From the NCBI GenBank assembly GCA_016929445.1, contig JAFGIU010000041.1:1929-65928 (forward strand): a stretch of 64,000 nucleotides of DNA, read 5' to 3'. Made by a program: the position numbers and the translations under genes. Of this stretch, positions 37,187 to 46,658 are shown in pieces (position 1 is the first letter of the stretch; every line of letters begins with the position of its first letter). The stretch comes from Candidatus Omnitrophota bacterium (lineage in GTDB: Bacteria; Omnitrophota; Gorgyraeia; JAFGIU01). The notes beneath the pieces are model-generated. The model was not told where the DNA came from. It was given only the letters and a program-made list of their open reading frames with translations, and ran no database searches.

Positions 37187-37944
37187 GAGTTGACGTTTGC
37201 CGCTTCTTCTTCGATCCAGGCATAGCCCTTTTCTTCAAGCTCCATGGCCAGTTCTTTGCCGCCTGACTTCACAATCCTGCCGTGATACAAAACATGCACG
37301 AAATCAGGCACCAGATAGTTGAGCAGGCGCTGGTAGTGTGTGATGACGAGCACGCTATGGGCCGCGCTCCGCAAACGATTGACTCCATTGGCCACCACGC
37401 GCAAGGCATCGATATCCAGACCGGAGTCGGTTTCGTCCAAAATGGCGAGCTTGGGTTCCAGGACCGCCATCTGAAAAATTTCGTTGCGTTTCTTCTCACC
37501 CCCGGAAAATCCGCAGTTTACGGGCCGGTTGAGGAAGCCCTCGTCCAGATTCACCCACTTGATCTTTTCTTTGACCAGGGCCAGAAAATCCATGGCGTCC
37601 ATCTCTTCTTCACCGCGATGCTTGTGTAACGCATTGACTGCGGCCTTGAGAAAATAGGTGTTGCTCACACCGGCAATTTCCGTGGGGTACTGAAAGGCGA
37701 GGAAGAGGCCGGCGCGGGCGCGTTCCTCCGGGGCCATGGATAAGAGATCTTTTCCCTCAAAAAGGACCCGGCCTTGGGTTACTTCATAAGCACTGCGGCC
37801 GGCCAGAACATTGGACAGGGTGCTTTTTCCGGAACCGTTCGGGCCCATGATGCAATGCACCTCGCCCGGGCCAATCTTCAGGTCAATGCCGCGTAATATT
37901 TGATTTCCATCGATGGATGCGTTTAGGTTCTTAATTTCCAGCAT
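37183..37944 (-). CDS. sufC: Fe-S cluster assembly ATPase SufC
   Basis: ATG at 37944 (MLEIKNL). Walker A GPNGSGKST, ABC signature FSGGEKKR, Walker B ILDETDSGLD. Confidence 0.9.
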   Translation of the reverse strand: MLEIKNLNASIDGNQILRGIDLKIGPGEVHCIMGPNGSGKSTLSNVLAGRSAYEVTQGRVLFEGKDLLSMAPEERARAGLFLAFQYPTEIAGVSNTYFLKAAVNALHKHRGEEEMDAMDFLALVKEKIKWVNLDEGFLNRPVNCGFSGGEKKRNEIFQMAVLEPKLAILDETDSGLDIDALRVVANGVNRLRSAAHSVLVITHYQRLLNYLVPDFVHVLYHGRIVKSGGKELAMELEEKGYAWIEEEAANVNS

Positions 37945-38000
37945 GGTGTTCTCCATAATCGTTGCTAAAAGAGACTCCGTCATCGCGATGACGCTACGCG

Positions 38001-39485
38001 TCACCCAACACTCCCTTCCAAACTCAAATTCAATAGGTTCTGAGCTTCTACAGCGAACTCCATAGGCAGCTCGCTAAATACCTCTTTGCAAAATCCGTTT
38101 ACAATAAGCGAGACCGCGTCTTCCTCCGAGATTCCGCGCTGCATGCAGTAGAAGAGCTGGTCTTCCCCGATTTTGGAGGTTGAGGCCTCGTGTTCAAGTT
38201 TTGCGGAAGTATTGCGCACCTCAATATACGGAAAGGTATGCGCTCCGCAGAGATCTCCCATGAGCAAGGAGTCACACTGCGAGTAGTTACGGGCGTTTTG
38301 CGCTCCCTTTTGAATTTTAACCAGGCCGCGATAGGAATTCTGCGCGTGGCCGGCGCTGATGCCTTTGGAAATAATCGTGCTCTTGGTATTCTTGCCCACA
38401 TGAATCATCTTGGACCCCGTGTCCGCTTGCTGGTAGTTGTTCGTGACCGCCACACTGTAGAATTCACCCACAGAGTTGTCCCCCAAGAGAACGCAGCTGG
38501 GATACTTCCAGGTAATCGCGGATCCGGTTTCCACCTGGGTCCAAGAAATCTTTGAGTTTACACCGCGGCAGGCTCCGCGCTTGGTCACGAAGTTATAGAT
38601 ACCGCCTTTGCCCTCTTTGTCGCCCGGATACCAGTTTTGAACGGTGGAGTACTTGATTTGCGCGTTGTCCATGGCGACCAACTCAACCACGGCCGCGTGG
38701 AGTTGGTTCTCGTCGCGCCGGGGGGCGGTGCAGCCTTCCAGGTAACTTACATACGAGCCCTCTTCCGCGATGATCAGCGTGCGTTCGAACTGGCCGGTTT
38801 CCGCCGCGTTGATGCGGAAATAAGTGGAAAGCTCCATGGGGCAGCGCACGCCTTTGGGGATATAGCAAAAGGAACCATCGGTGAAAACGGCGGAGTTGAG
38901 TGCGGCAAAAAAATTGTCCGTGTAAGGAACAACAGACCCCAGGTATTTTTGCACGAGTTCCGGGTGTTCGTTCACAGCCTCGGAAAAAGAAGAGAAAAGG
39001 ATGCCTTTTGCAGCCAAGGTTTGCTTGAAAGTTGTGCCCACGGAAACACTGTCAAAGATTGCGTCCACAGCAATAGCCGATTGCTGTGTTGCAGGGCTGT
39101 CATCCGCGCCCTCGACTCCGGCCAGGCGCTTTTGCTCCTTCAAAGAAATCCCCAGCTTATCGAAGGTCTCTTTAATCTCCGGGTCCAGTTCCTCCAGGCT
39201 TTTGAGCTTCTTCTTCTTCTTCATAGGGGCGGAATAATAGCGGATATCCTGATAGTCGATCGGATCGTAATGGATATGTGGCCAGGCAGGTTCTTTGAGT
39301 GTGAGCCAATGGCGAAAGGCCTTGAGCCGCCATTCCAACAAGAATTCCGGCTCCTTCTTTTTGGAGCTGATCAGGCGAATGACATCCTCGTTCAAACCCT
39401 TGGCCAGAGTGTCGGATTCCACATCCGTGACAAAGCCGTACTTGTAATCCTGTTCCGTGAGTTTGTGGAGGGGATCAGAGATCAT
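38001..39485 (-). CDS. sufB: Fe-S cluster assembly protein SufB
   Basis: Canonical SufB sequence ([43 protein letters not shown]). 494 aa. Confidence 0.9.
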   Translation of the reverse strand: MISDPLHKLTEQDYKYGFVTDVESDTLAKGLNEDVIRLISSKKKEPEFLLEWRLKAFRHWLTLKEPAWPHIHYDPIDYQDIRYYSAPMKKKKKLKSLEELDPEIKETFDKLGISLKEQKRLAGVEGADDSPATQQSAIAVDAIFDSVSVGTTFKQTLAAKGILFSSFSEAVNEHPELVQKYLGSVVPYTDNFFAALNSAVFTDGSFCYIPKGVRCPMELSTYFRINAAETGQFERTLIIAEEGSYVSYLEGCTAPRRDENQLHAAVVELVAMDNAQIKYSTVQNWYPGDKEGKGGIYNFVTKRGACRGVNSKISWTQVETGSAITWKYPSCVLLGDNSVGEFYSVAVTNNYQQADTGSKMIHVGKNTKSTIISKGISAGHAQNSYRGLVKIQKGAQNARNYSQCDSLLMGDLCGAHTFPYIEVRNTSAKLEHEASTSKIGEDQLFYCMQRGISEEDAVSLIVNGFCKEVFSELPMEFAVEAQNLLNLSLEGSVG

Positions 39486-39493
39486 GAGGTTGC

Positions 39494-39934
39494 CTATGCT
39501 TTCTTACAGTCGCAGAGCATGGAGGCCGGTGCGACCATTTCGGCCAGAGATACGTTAGTGAGTGCCGAAGAGATGAGTTGGTTGATAATTTGCCAATGCT
39601 GGCCTACCGGGCAAAGCGCTTCGTGATTGCAGTCGCGGTTGCTTGCATCGTCACTGCATTGCGTGATGGCAATGGGACCCTCCAAGGCCACGATGATATC
39701 GGCCAGGCTGATGTCCCGGGGCTTGCGCGCCAGTTCATAGCCGCCCTTGACCCCGCGATGGGAGATCAGCAATCCCTCGCGCGTCAGGCGTTTGAGCACC
39801 TTGCCCACAGTGGCCTCAGGCAGTTGGGTAAACTGCACCAGGTCGCGGGCTGTGAAGGTGCTTTGTCCGCTGTTTGAGGCACAGCGGACCATGAGGATGA
39901 TACCGTAGTCAGCCAATTTGCTCATTCGCAGCAT
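39494..39934 (-). CDS. Rrf2-family transcriptional regulator (IscR/SufR-like), probable repressor of the SUF operon
   Basis: Rrf2 wHTH N-terminus ([13 protein letters not shown] ... [39 protein letters not shown]). Three Cys (C-x6-C-x?-C region), consistent with [Fe-S] sensing. First gene of the suf operon. Confidence 0.85.
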   Translation of the reverse strand: MLRMSKLADYGIILMVRCASNSGQSTFTARDLVQFTQLPEATVGKVLKRLTREGLLISHRGVKGGYELARKPRDISLADIIVALEGPIAITQCSDDASNRDCNHEALCPVGQHWQIINQLISSALTNVSLAEMVAPASMLCDCKKA

Positions 39935-39977
39935 AGTAGGGGATTCCTCTAAAAGGTGATGGAGCTCATAAATAGGA

Positions 39978-39997
39978 CTAAACTAGTACTAGTTTAG
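39978..39997. promoter_or_regulatory. Candidate Rrf2 operator: perfect 20-bp palindrome CTAAACTAGTACTAGTTTAG, with flanking GGACTAAA / TTTAGTCC half-sites
   Basis: Read directly. 44 bp upstream of the rrf2 start. The GGACTAAA half-site recurs inverted at 40023-40030. Confidence 0.5.
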
Positions 39998-40126
39998 CGC
40001 GCCTGGAGCGAATGTCAACCGGTTTAGTCCCAATTTGAGAAGGAGTTGTGTGTGGTAGGATGAGGATTCTTGGGTGTCAGTTTGAGCATCATGGTTTTTA
40101 GAATCGATTACCGTTAGGAGGAGCGA

Positions 40127-40372
40127 GTGTTGGGAAATATGAAGCACATGATGAAGATGGCGAAGGCAATGCAGAAGTTGATGAAAGACAAGGACTTCCA
40201 GGCCATGATGGCCAACCCCAAGGTTCAGGAATTGATGGCGGATCCGGAGTTCAAGCAGATCGCGGAGAGCCGGCAGTTCGACAAACTTTCCACTCACCCC
40301 AAGCTGTCGGCACTGGTCCAGGATCCCGGCTTTCAGAAGCTGGCCTTGGAACTCCAGGGCAAACTCCGCTAA
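40127..40372 (+). CDS. Small soluble protein with two STI1/DP-like repeats; function unknown
   Basis: GTG at 40127, 7 nt after AGGAGG (40115-40120). Internal repeat NPKVQELMADPEFKQIAE / HPKLSALVQDPGFQKLAL. No signal peptide. Resemblance to STI1 repeats is by eye only. Confidence 0.45.
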   Translation: MLGNMKHMMKMAKAMQKLMKDKDFQAMMANPKVQELMADPEFKQIAESRQFDKLSTHPKLSALVQDPGFQKLALELQGKLR

Positions 40373-40377
40373 ATCCC

Positions 40378-40433
40378 GGGGACGGTTCTTGATTACCCCT
40401 TTCATCACGGCAGCTTACGCGAGAACCGTCCCC
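40378..40433. repeat. Hairpin repeat family copy C
   Basis: GGGGACGGTTCTT ... GAGAACCGTCCCC, beginning 6 nt after the stop of the small ORF. Confidence 0.6.
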
Positions 40434-40481
40434 TACAACCCGTAGTTATTAAAACTTTCACAATAATTGAAATAAGTCGGT

Positions 40482-43400
40482 TTGGATGCTAGACTTGAGC
40501 TTATGCATCCTTTTCGCTCCCACCCTCCTTTGAAGTCATTTAAGCCCCGCGGTTTTTGGGCCCTTCGGGGCTGGGCTGTCATGCGGCCAGTGGCCCTGCT
40601 GATTGCCCAAGTCTTCTTCTTTTCCAGCGTGGATTGCGCATGGACCTCTGACCTCGGTGCCAGGCACCGGTGTCAGGCACCGGTGTCAGGCACCGGTGTC
40701 AGGCACCAAAACTTGGCAGTGCGGGCCAGGTATGAAGGCGAGGTTGCCGCGGCAATGGACGCATGGCTGGTTGCTCCGGGAGTCAAGGAGCGTGTGCTTA
40801 TGCTGCCCACCGAGAGCCGTGCGCAACTGCTCGGCCTGGTTGGGGCTGAGCAGGAAGCATTTCTTCACAACAGAATGGTGGAGTTGGCCCTGGAGGACGG
40901 GCAGGCTGAGCTGGTGGCAGGGATGGCACAAAAGGCGCTTGAGCGCCTGGATTCTTCCGGGCCCAGAGGCTGGCCTCATCCGGCATTGGCGGAGAGTTCT
41001 GCAGCGCTCCGGGCGCTTTTGGAGCAAGACCCCTCTGCATACGAGCGTTTGCTGGCTCTGGAGGAGGAACGCTACGAGCGCACCTATCCGTACTCTGATT
41101 CAGTACTGGAAGACCTTCCTAATTTCCGCCGTCATCTCAATCACAAGCTCGCACTGTTGATGGTGGTGGAAGAGGTGGAGACAGTTCGATGGTTATTGGA
41201 TAAAGGGCTCCTTCAAGAACACGAGATTAACTCTTTTCTGAGTGTGCGACGCTTATTGCTTTCTCTGGTGATGACTCCCCAACCGGAACCCGAAAATGAC
41301 AGTGAGTATTGGCAGGTCCCGAATATTCAGGATCACCTGGGGCGGATGGGAAGCATGCTGTTGGTTTTGCTGTACGAAAACCGGGATCGCTTTGAGATTT
41401 CTTCCGACGAGATCTTGGAAGTCTACTTCACAGCCCTTACCCACGACTGGGGGGATTATTACACGGAGTCCAGCGATCTAATTGTGGTTAAGGAGGTTGC
41501 CCGGCAACTGGGCATTGACAGTTCGGCCGAGAAGTACCTTCGAGGCGGATTTCCGCAATTGTTGGAGGACCTCAACTTGGCGGTTGATGAGCGCGGGAAT
41601 GAAGTCGATCCCGCATGGATGACCCGCTACAATGCGGTTCAGCCCCGGTTCGATTTGTTGGTGACTCGCAGTAGCGCCAAGAATCCGCTGGATCATCATT
41701 CCAAAGGCCGCTACGAAGAGTTCCTGTTGAGGGAGGATGTGCGGGCGCTTTTGGAGCCGTTGAGTTTCCGGGGTCGTGCCGTGACCCGGATGCTGGACGA
41801 CTTCCGGTATCTGACGCACCACCACGCTTCCCAGGAGCTGGAGTTCGATCTGTCCCCAGAGTCTCATCGAGGCCCGCGCCTCGCAGAGGCACAGAAGCCC
41901 GCAGCGCAGGACATTCCCCGTCGCGTCCAATATTGGGAAGGTATCTCCCTGACCGGGGATCAGAAGGGCGTGTTGGCATTGCTTCAGGCCGCGGATATGT
42001 ATCAGAAGCGTCTCAATGCCGCCAACAACATGTGGTTCTATCTGAACAGTGTTCGAGCCTTCCGTCCCGCGGACGTAAAGGACTATGTGATGGCCTTTCC
42101 ATTTGCAAGGCCCATCGCCTCCAGCATAAGAAAGGTCGCGGATAGCGGCGATCCGCTCTTCTCCGGCGCGGCGGTGCGGAGTATGGGCTATGTAACGGAG
42201 TTGCCGGACACAGGAACGGGAGCTGCGGAAGAAGACCGGCCCGGCGCCAACACGGCATCGCGGGCAGGTGAAGTAGGCCACAGCACAATGAACCGGGTGG
42301 CCTTTATGAGCGACAAGTACCAGGCGTGGCGGGCGGGTGAGGGCGTGGAGGAGGGGGCCTTGCTGCGTGAGGCGCTTCCCTTGCCGGAGGATCTGCAAGG
42401 GTCTTGGGGCGGGTTTATGGCCGATCTGCAACAGCGCTTTGATGCGGTGGACGAGAGCGGGGCGCCTCTGATCCTGGACGGGATCGAGCTCCCGGCCTCC
42501 CAATCCCCGGCCGGCGGAATGCTGCGCGCCCCGCCCCTGCAGATTCCGCTCTCCGCTCTTCTCAACGGACAAGCCCGCATTGCCTCCGGCCTTCCCACCG
42601 GCGAAATGATCCACATCAAAGACACGTCCATCGTGCTTTTGGACACCGAAGAAGACTTCCTGGCGGCCGAGCTGCACGAGGATCTGGAGAGTGTGTCCGT
42701 GCAATTCGCGCATGCGGGCCGCGGGTTGCATGGCGAGCCGGGGCGGGAGCAGCGGCTGGTGGTGTATTTGTCCAAGGCCATGGTTGAGAAGGCGCTCCAC
42801 CGTGCGGAGGGCTATGCGCCGGAACACTTGATGGCCCTGATCGCCGAGGAGATGGCCGAGGAAGTGCGGCGCAGGCAGGCGGAGATGCTTTCGGCACAAT
42901 TGGGGCTCGGAGGGGCGGCCGCGGTGGCCCTGGAGCAACGCATTGTGGACGCAACGGACGCGCAGTTAACCAAAGCGGGCGGGGCGTTGGAAGGTGTTTT
43001 TACAGATCGCGATACGTATGCCCAGCTTGGAGATCGCAGAGAGCACCTCGTACAGTCCCTTGAGGGATTGGATACGGGCGTGCTTGCAAGATTGCGGCAG
43101 ACGGCTCCGGACAAGCTGGCGGAGTTCTTCCGCTATCGCGAGGCCCTGTTGGGGCCGAATCCTCCGCTCGACTGGCGCAATCTTCCGGCTAATGGGGCGC
43201 TCGATCTGTATGAATCCCATATTGCCGACGTGCTCGCATTGGAAATGGTGATTCAGGGATACAACCTGCACAAGGGACGGGTCGTATTTTCGATCGCCGA
43301 CTGGTTGGGTGCGGGCGCAGAGATCGCGGCGCGCGGTTCTTTTGATTTTGAAATCCGAGTAAAGCTGCCCGAACTGAATGGGGCGCCCTCGGAAATGAAG

Positions 43401-45917
43401 AGGCTTCTGCAAACGGAAATCAAGCATTTGGTCTTCTACCTCAAGCGGCACGCGGCCGGATATGCGTCCTCCAGCGAATTGGCCGCGGCAGAGAACGGCT
43501 ACTCAGACGGAGACGCCTTTGACTCTCTTGTTTTGGAAGAGATCCCGGATCATCTGGATGACATCCTTATGGGCCGGTCCACCTTTGCCTGGAAGGCGAG
43601 GCAAAGCAGAGAACGGGTAGGAGGGACCAGAAGAGCGAGTGTGGATAGATCCGCGAATGCGCATCCCTACGCAAAGCTTATAGTGGGCCGGATTTTGCCG
43701 GAGATGTTGCAGCGCTGGGGCGTGGATATTCAAGCCGAACCGGAGATTGGAGAAATCCTGGTGGAATTCGCCACCTGGTTTGTGGCCGAGGAGGAGCTGC
43801 GGCCGTATGGGGATTTGAGCGATCAGAGAACGTTGTCTCACAAGTTCATTTCGCGAATCCAGGCAATGGAGTCGGCGGACGCGCTTTACGCGGCCGTGGA
43901 TCGTCATTTGCAGCGGGCTGAAGCGCGGGCGCTTTTTCCGGATGCGGCACGCATGTTGAATCGGCGCAGGAGGGAGTTGATGCAGTGGAGAGATGCGCAA
44001 AGCGCGTATGAGGACGATTATTTGGAGCGCGCCAACGTGGGCTCCAGACAGCGCGGCTCGGTTTGGAGGCCTTGGGACTTCACGCGGGAAGAAAGCCAAC
44101 TCATTGCCGAGGCGTGTCTGCGTGGGGCCACGGGAGAAGGGGCCCCGGAGCTGGACTGGCAGCGCAGTGGGCGGCTGTATTGGGAAGCGCCGATCGGGAT
44201 CGATCCGTTTGTTCAGAAGCGCCTGTTTTCCGGCTCACAGGTCCAGCGCGCCTTTGCCGTTAAGGATTCTCAAGGTCTGCTGGCCGCGGTGGCCGCCACG
44301 CCGGAGGGATTCAAATACCTGCTGTTGACGGGCGGCGAGGGTGCGGTGGACCGGATGGACCGGTATATAAACCAGAAAGGCGGAGCCTCTCAGTGGAATC
44401 AGGTGGAAGAGGTCAGGCAGGGCTTCCTAAACGACGAGTTCGGAATAGAACGCACGAGCATCCCGGTTCTCCCTGGGGTATGGCCTCCGGGAGTGTCCGA
44501 TCCGCTCGCTTTGATCGCGCAACAGCGGATCAGGCCGGGCTCCACGGTCTTGGATCTGGGATGCGGGACCGGAGTGATCGGCAGTGTGTTGCCGGAGTGT
44601 TATGTGATCATGTCCGATATCGATCCGATGGGGGCCAGTAATGGAGAGATTTCCGCGAAATTGTGCGGAGCAGTGAGCGGGGTGGAGTCCATCCGCATGG
44701 ACGGGCTGCGCGGATTTAACAGAAAGGTGGATTGGATTGTTCTTGCCGCCCCGAGGCCGGTCCATGCGGCCGGTGCGGCGGAAGCGGCCACGGCAACACA
44801 GGATCCCGGAGGCCGCCTGTTGAACGAAGCGCTGCGGGAATTACCGCGGGTTCTGAACGCCCCGGGAGGCCTGCTGCTGATGGTGAGCAATGAGGTGGCT
44901 GTTCAAAGGAGGGTCCGGGAGATGCACGGGGAGGCTTTTTGGGTGGAGGTGGTGGACAGGGACCTCTACCAGCAGGTGGTTGCGGTCCAATGGAATATGG
45001 ATTTTTATCGCGAGCAGGCTGCGGTGCCCGGGGCCACGGAGGATTCTGCAGCGGGTCCTGCAGTCGTCACCGGCGACCTGGACCTTCTGATAGAGATTCT
45101 TTCAGAGACTCTGCCGGGATCAAACTTCCAACAATTTAACGGAGTGCCTTACTCGGTGACGCGGCTGCAAACCGGAGAGTGGCGGTTGACGATTCATAAG
45201 GGCGCCGAAGGATTTGAGGAATTGATGCCGCGGGGCAAAGACGGAGTCATCTATGATGACCCGGAAAGGATCGCCGAAAGCGTCAAAGCGAAGGCATTGG
45301 GTTTGCTGGGCGTTTACGAGGCCTCCCTGCCGGAAGCGCATGAATTTGGCGGGCCGTTGCTGGTGGTCGGCCCCGGGCCGACTCTGGGAGAGGTGGATGC
45401 GCTTGTGTCCCATTTTCAGGCTCTGGATAGCGGGAGTGTGGATGTGATGGAAGTGTCGAACCGGAACGTACTGTCTTTGCTGAGAAGACTCCAGGAAATT
45501 GAAGCGGAAGGCGGGGAGAATGAAGCTTTGCTGCACAGAGTGGGAACAATCCACCACGCCCGCTTCGGGCAAAATGCGGGCCTGCTGGAAGAGGCGCGCT
45601 ATGGGTTTGTCTATGCGTTCGGCTCCGTGGACAGGGATCTGGCCGTCACCGTGGCCGGAGGGCCGGCCAATCAGCAAGAGGCGGTGGCTGTGCTGGAGGC
45701 GCAGTGGCGCGAGCTGTGGCGCATTCTCCAAGCCGGGGGATTGGGGCTGGGGCACTTTGAGTCCGAGGGGCCGGGCATGCGCTCCTTTTACACAGGGCGC
45801 GAGGCGTGGCGCCGCTTCCAAACCTTGGGGAATCCACGCTTTGACAGGGCTCTGGACTGGGTTCACAAGCCTGAAGAACTGGCCGTTGCCGCAGCAGCCC
45901 TGGAATCCTCCATCTAG
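40482..45917 (+). CDS. Giant protein paralog P3 (up to 1811 aa) with a degenerate HemK-like SAM methyltransferase domain; start uncertain
   Basis: The MTase region (~aa 1330-1480) has IPVLPGVWPPG and VLDLGCGTGVIG, but LAAPRP replaces NPPY, and is shared with P2. Possible starts: 40482; 40581 (MRPVALLIAQVFFFSSVDCA, signal-like, which would place the palindromic repeat in-frame); or 40755 (MDAWLV, which places the repeat upstream). AT-rich 5' flank. Confidence 0.75.
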   Translation: MDARLELMHPFRSHPPLKSFKPRGFWALRGWAVMRPVALLIAQVFFFSSVDCAWTSDLGARHRCQAPVSGTGVRHQNLAVRARYEGEVAAAMDAWLVAPGVKERVLMLPTESRAQLLGLVGAEQEAFLHNRMVELALEDGQAELVAGMAQKALERLDSSGPRGWPHPALAESSAALRALLEQDPSAYERLLALEEERYERTYPYSDSVLEDLPNFRRHLNHKLALLMVVEEVETVRWLLDKGLLQEHEINSFLSVRRLLLSLVMTPQPEPENDSEYWQVPNIQDHLGRMGSMLLVLLYENRDRFEISSDEILEVYFTALTHDWGDYYTESSDLIVVKEVARQLGIDSSAEKYLRGGFPQLLEDLNLAVDERGNEVDPAWMTRYNAVQPRFDLLVTRSSAKNPLDHHSKGRYEEFLLREDVRALLEPLSFRGRAVTRMLDDFRYLTHHHASQELEFDLSPESHRGPRLAEAQKPAAQDIPRRVQYWEGISLTGDQKGVLALLQAADMYQKRLNAANNMWFYLNSVRAFRPADVKDYVMAFPFARPIASSIRKVADSGDPLFSGAAVRSMGYVTELPDTGTGAAEEDRPGANTASRAGEVGHSTMNRVAFMSDKYQAWRAGEGVEEGALLREALPLPEDLQGSWGGFMADLQQRFDAVDESGAPLILDGIELPASQSPAGGMLRAPPLQIPLSALLNGQARIASGLPTGEMIHIKDTSIVLLDTEEDFLAAELHEDLESVSVQFAHAGRGLHGEPGREQRLVVYLSKAMVEKALHRAEGYAPEHLMALIAEEMAEEVRRRQAEMLSAQLGLGGAAAVALEQRIVDATDAQLTKAGGALEGVFTDRDTYAQLGDRREHLVQSLEGLDTGVLARLRQTAPDKLAEFFRYREALLGPNPPLDWRNLPANGALDLYESHIADVLALEMVIQGYNLHKGRVVFSIADWLGAGAEIAARGSFDFEIRVKLPELNGAPSEMKRLLQTEIKHLVFYLKRHAAGYASSSELAAAENGYSDGDAFDSLVLEEIPDHLDDILMGRSTFAWKARQSRERVGGTRRASVDRSANAHPYAKLIVGRILPEMLQRWGVDIQAEPEIGEILVEFATWFVAEEELRPYGDLSDQRTLSHKFISRIQAMESADALYAAVDRHLQRAEARALFPDAARMLNRRRRELMQWRDAQSAYEDDYLERANVGSRQRGSVWRPWDFTREESQLIAEACLRGATGEGAPELDWQRSGRLYWEAPIGIDPFVQKRLFSGSQVQRAFAVKDSQGLLAAVAATPEGFKYLLLTGGEGAVDRMDRYINQKGGASQWNQVEEVRQGFLNDEFGIERTSIPVLPGVWPPGVSDPLALIAQQRIRPGSTVLDLGCGTGVIGSVLPECYVIMSDIDPMGASNGEISAKLCGAVSGVESIRMDGLRGFNRKVDWIVLAAPRPVHAAGAAEAATATQDPGGRLLNEALRELPRVLNAPGGLLLMVSNEVAVQRRVREMHGEAFWVEVVDRDLYQQVVAVQWNMDFYREQAAVPGATEDSAAGPAVVTGDLDLLIEILSETLPGSNFQQFNGVPYSVTRLQTGEWRLTIHKGAEGFEELMPRGKDGVIYDDPERIAESVKAKALGLLGVYEASLPEAHEFGGPLLVVGPGPTLGEVDALVSHFQALDSGSVDVMEVSNRNVLSLLRRLQEIEAEGGENEALLHRVGTIHHARFGQNAGLLEEARYGFVYAFGSVDRDLAVTVAGGPANQQEAVAVLEAQWRELWRILQAGGLGLGHFESEGPGMRSFYTGREAWRRFQTLGNPRFDRALDWVHKPEELAVAAAALESSI
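40657..40707. repeat. Palindromic repeat family copy 2 (GGTGCCAGGCACC followed by 3 tandem GGTGTCAGGCACC units)
   Basis: Direct reading. Same GGCACCGGTG core as copies 1 and 3. Lies at or just inside the 5' end of P3. Confidence 0.7.
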
Positions 45918-45978
45918 AAACTTTCACCCTTGCCGTCCCACCCTGTTTCGCTATACTAATTCATTCTGTCCTCATTCA

Positions 45979-46033
45979 GGGACAGGTCTCGCCATCTCAT
46001 TGCCGGCCAGTGGGTTACGCGAGACCCGTCCCC
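45979..46033. repeat. Hairpin repeat family copy D (variant arms GGGACAGGTCTCGC / GCGAGACCCGTCCCC)
   Basis: Between the P3 stop and bcp. A partial extra GGGGACGG follows at 46054. Confidence 0.55.
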
Positions 46034-46123
46034 TCCGCAGGAATTGGGGAATGGGGACGGACCTTACATAACTCACTGTGCTGTAAAGAGTAATTGAGAC
46101 CAGTCCCTAAAAAGGAGAATTTA

Positions 46124-46603
46124 ATGACTGAACTCACACCTCTCAAGGAAGGCGACAAGGCGCCGGCCTTCAATGTGCCTTCCACTCTCGGCAAGAAGAT
46201 CGCGCTCAAGGATTTCAAGGGCTCTCAGCGAGTGGTTCTCTATTTCTATCCCAAAGACGACACCCCGGGTTGCACGGTGGAAGCCTGCGGGTTCCGGGAT
46301 AAGTTTGACGAAATTGAAGAACTCAACGCGATGATTTTGGGCGTGAGCCCGGACAGCATCGAGAAGCACGACAAGTTCATCGACAAGCACGAGCTGCCCT
46401 TCGTTCTCTTGTCCGATGAAGACCACAGTCTTTGCGAGGCCTATGGCGTGTGGGTCGAGAAGAACAATTACGGCAAAAAGTACATGGGTGTGCAGCGCGC
46501 GACCTTCATCATTGATACGGACGGCAAGATCGGGAAGATCTATCCCAGAGTCAAGGCCGAGGGGCACAATGATGAGGTGATTGAGTGGTTGAAGAAGAAC
46601 TGA
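46124..46603 (+). CDS. bcp: Peroxiredoxin Bcp (thiol peroxidase, AhpC/TSA family)
   Basis: ATG 46124 after AAAGGAG. Catalytic motif FYPKDDTPGCT. ~159 aa. Confidence 0.9.
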   Translation: MTELTPLKEGDKAPAFNVPSTLGKKIALKDFKGSQRVVLYFYPKDDTPGCTVEACGFRDKFDEIEELNAMILGVSPDSIEKHDKFIDKHELPFVLLSDEDHSLCEAYGVWVEKNNYGKKYMGVQRATFIIDTDGKIGKIYPRVKAEGHNDEVIEWLKKN

Positions 46604-46658
46604 GAATTGTCAGCCACGGAATTCCCGAATTCCGTAAATCCGCTACAATAGGGGGACT

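Noticed and set aside
38637-39626. 329-aa plus-strand ORF
   Set aside because: Antisense to sufB. Spurious.
40657-40707. Possible CRISPR array (3 tandem 13-bp GGTGTCAGGCACC units)
   Set aside because: The units are directly abutting with no spacers, are far shorter than CRISPR repeats, and there are no cas genes. This is a tandem iteration of the palindromic repeat family.
41478-42938. 486-aa minus-strand ORF, plus several 100-200-aa frames in 41500-45900
   Set aside because: Antisense to P3. Arg/Pro/Gly-rich low-complexity translations typical of GC-rich antisense frames.
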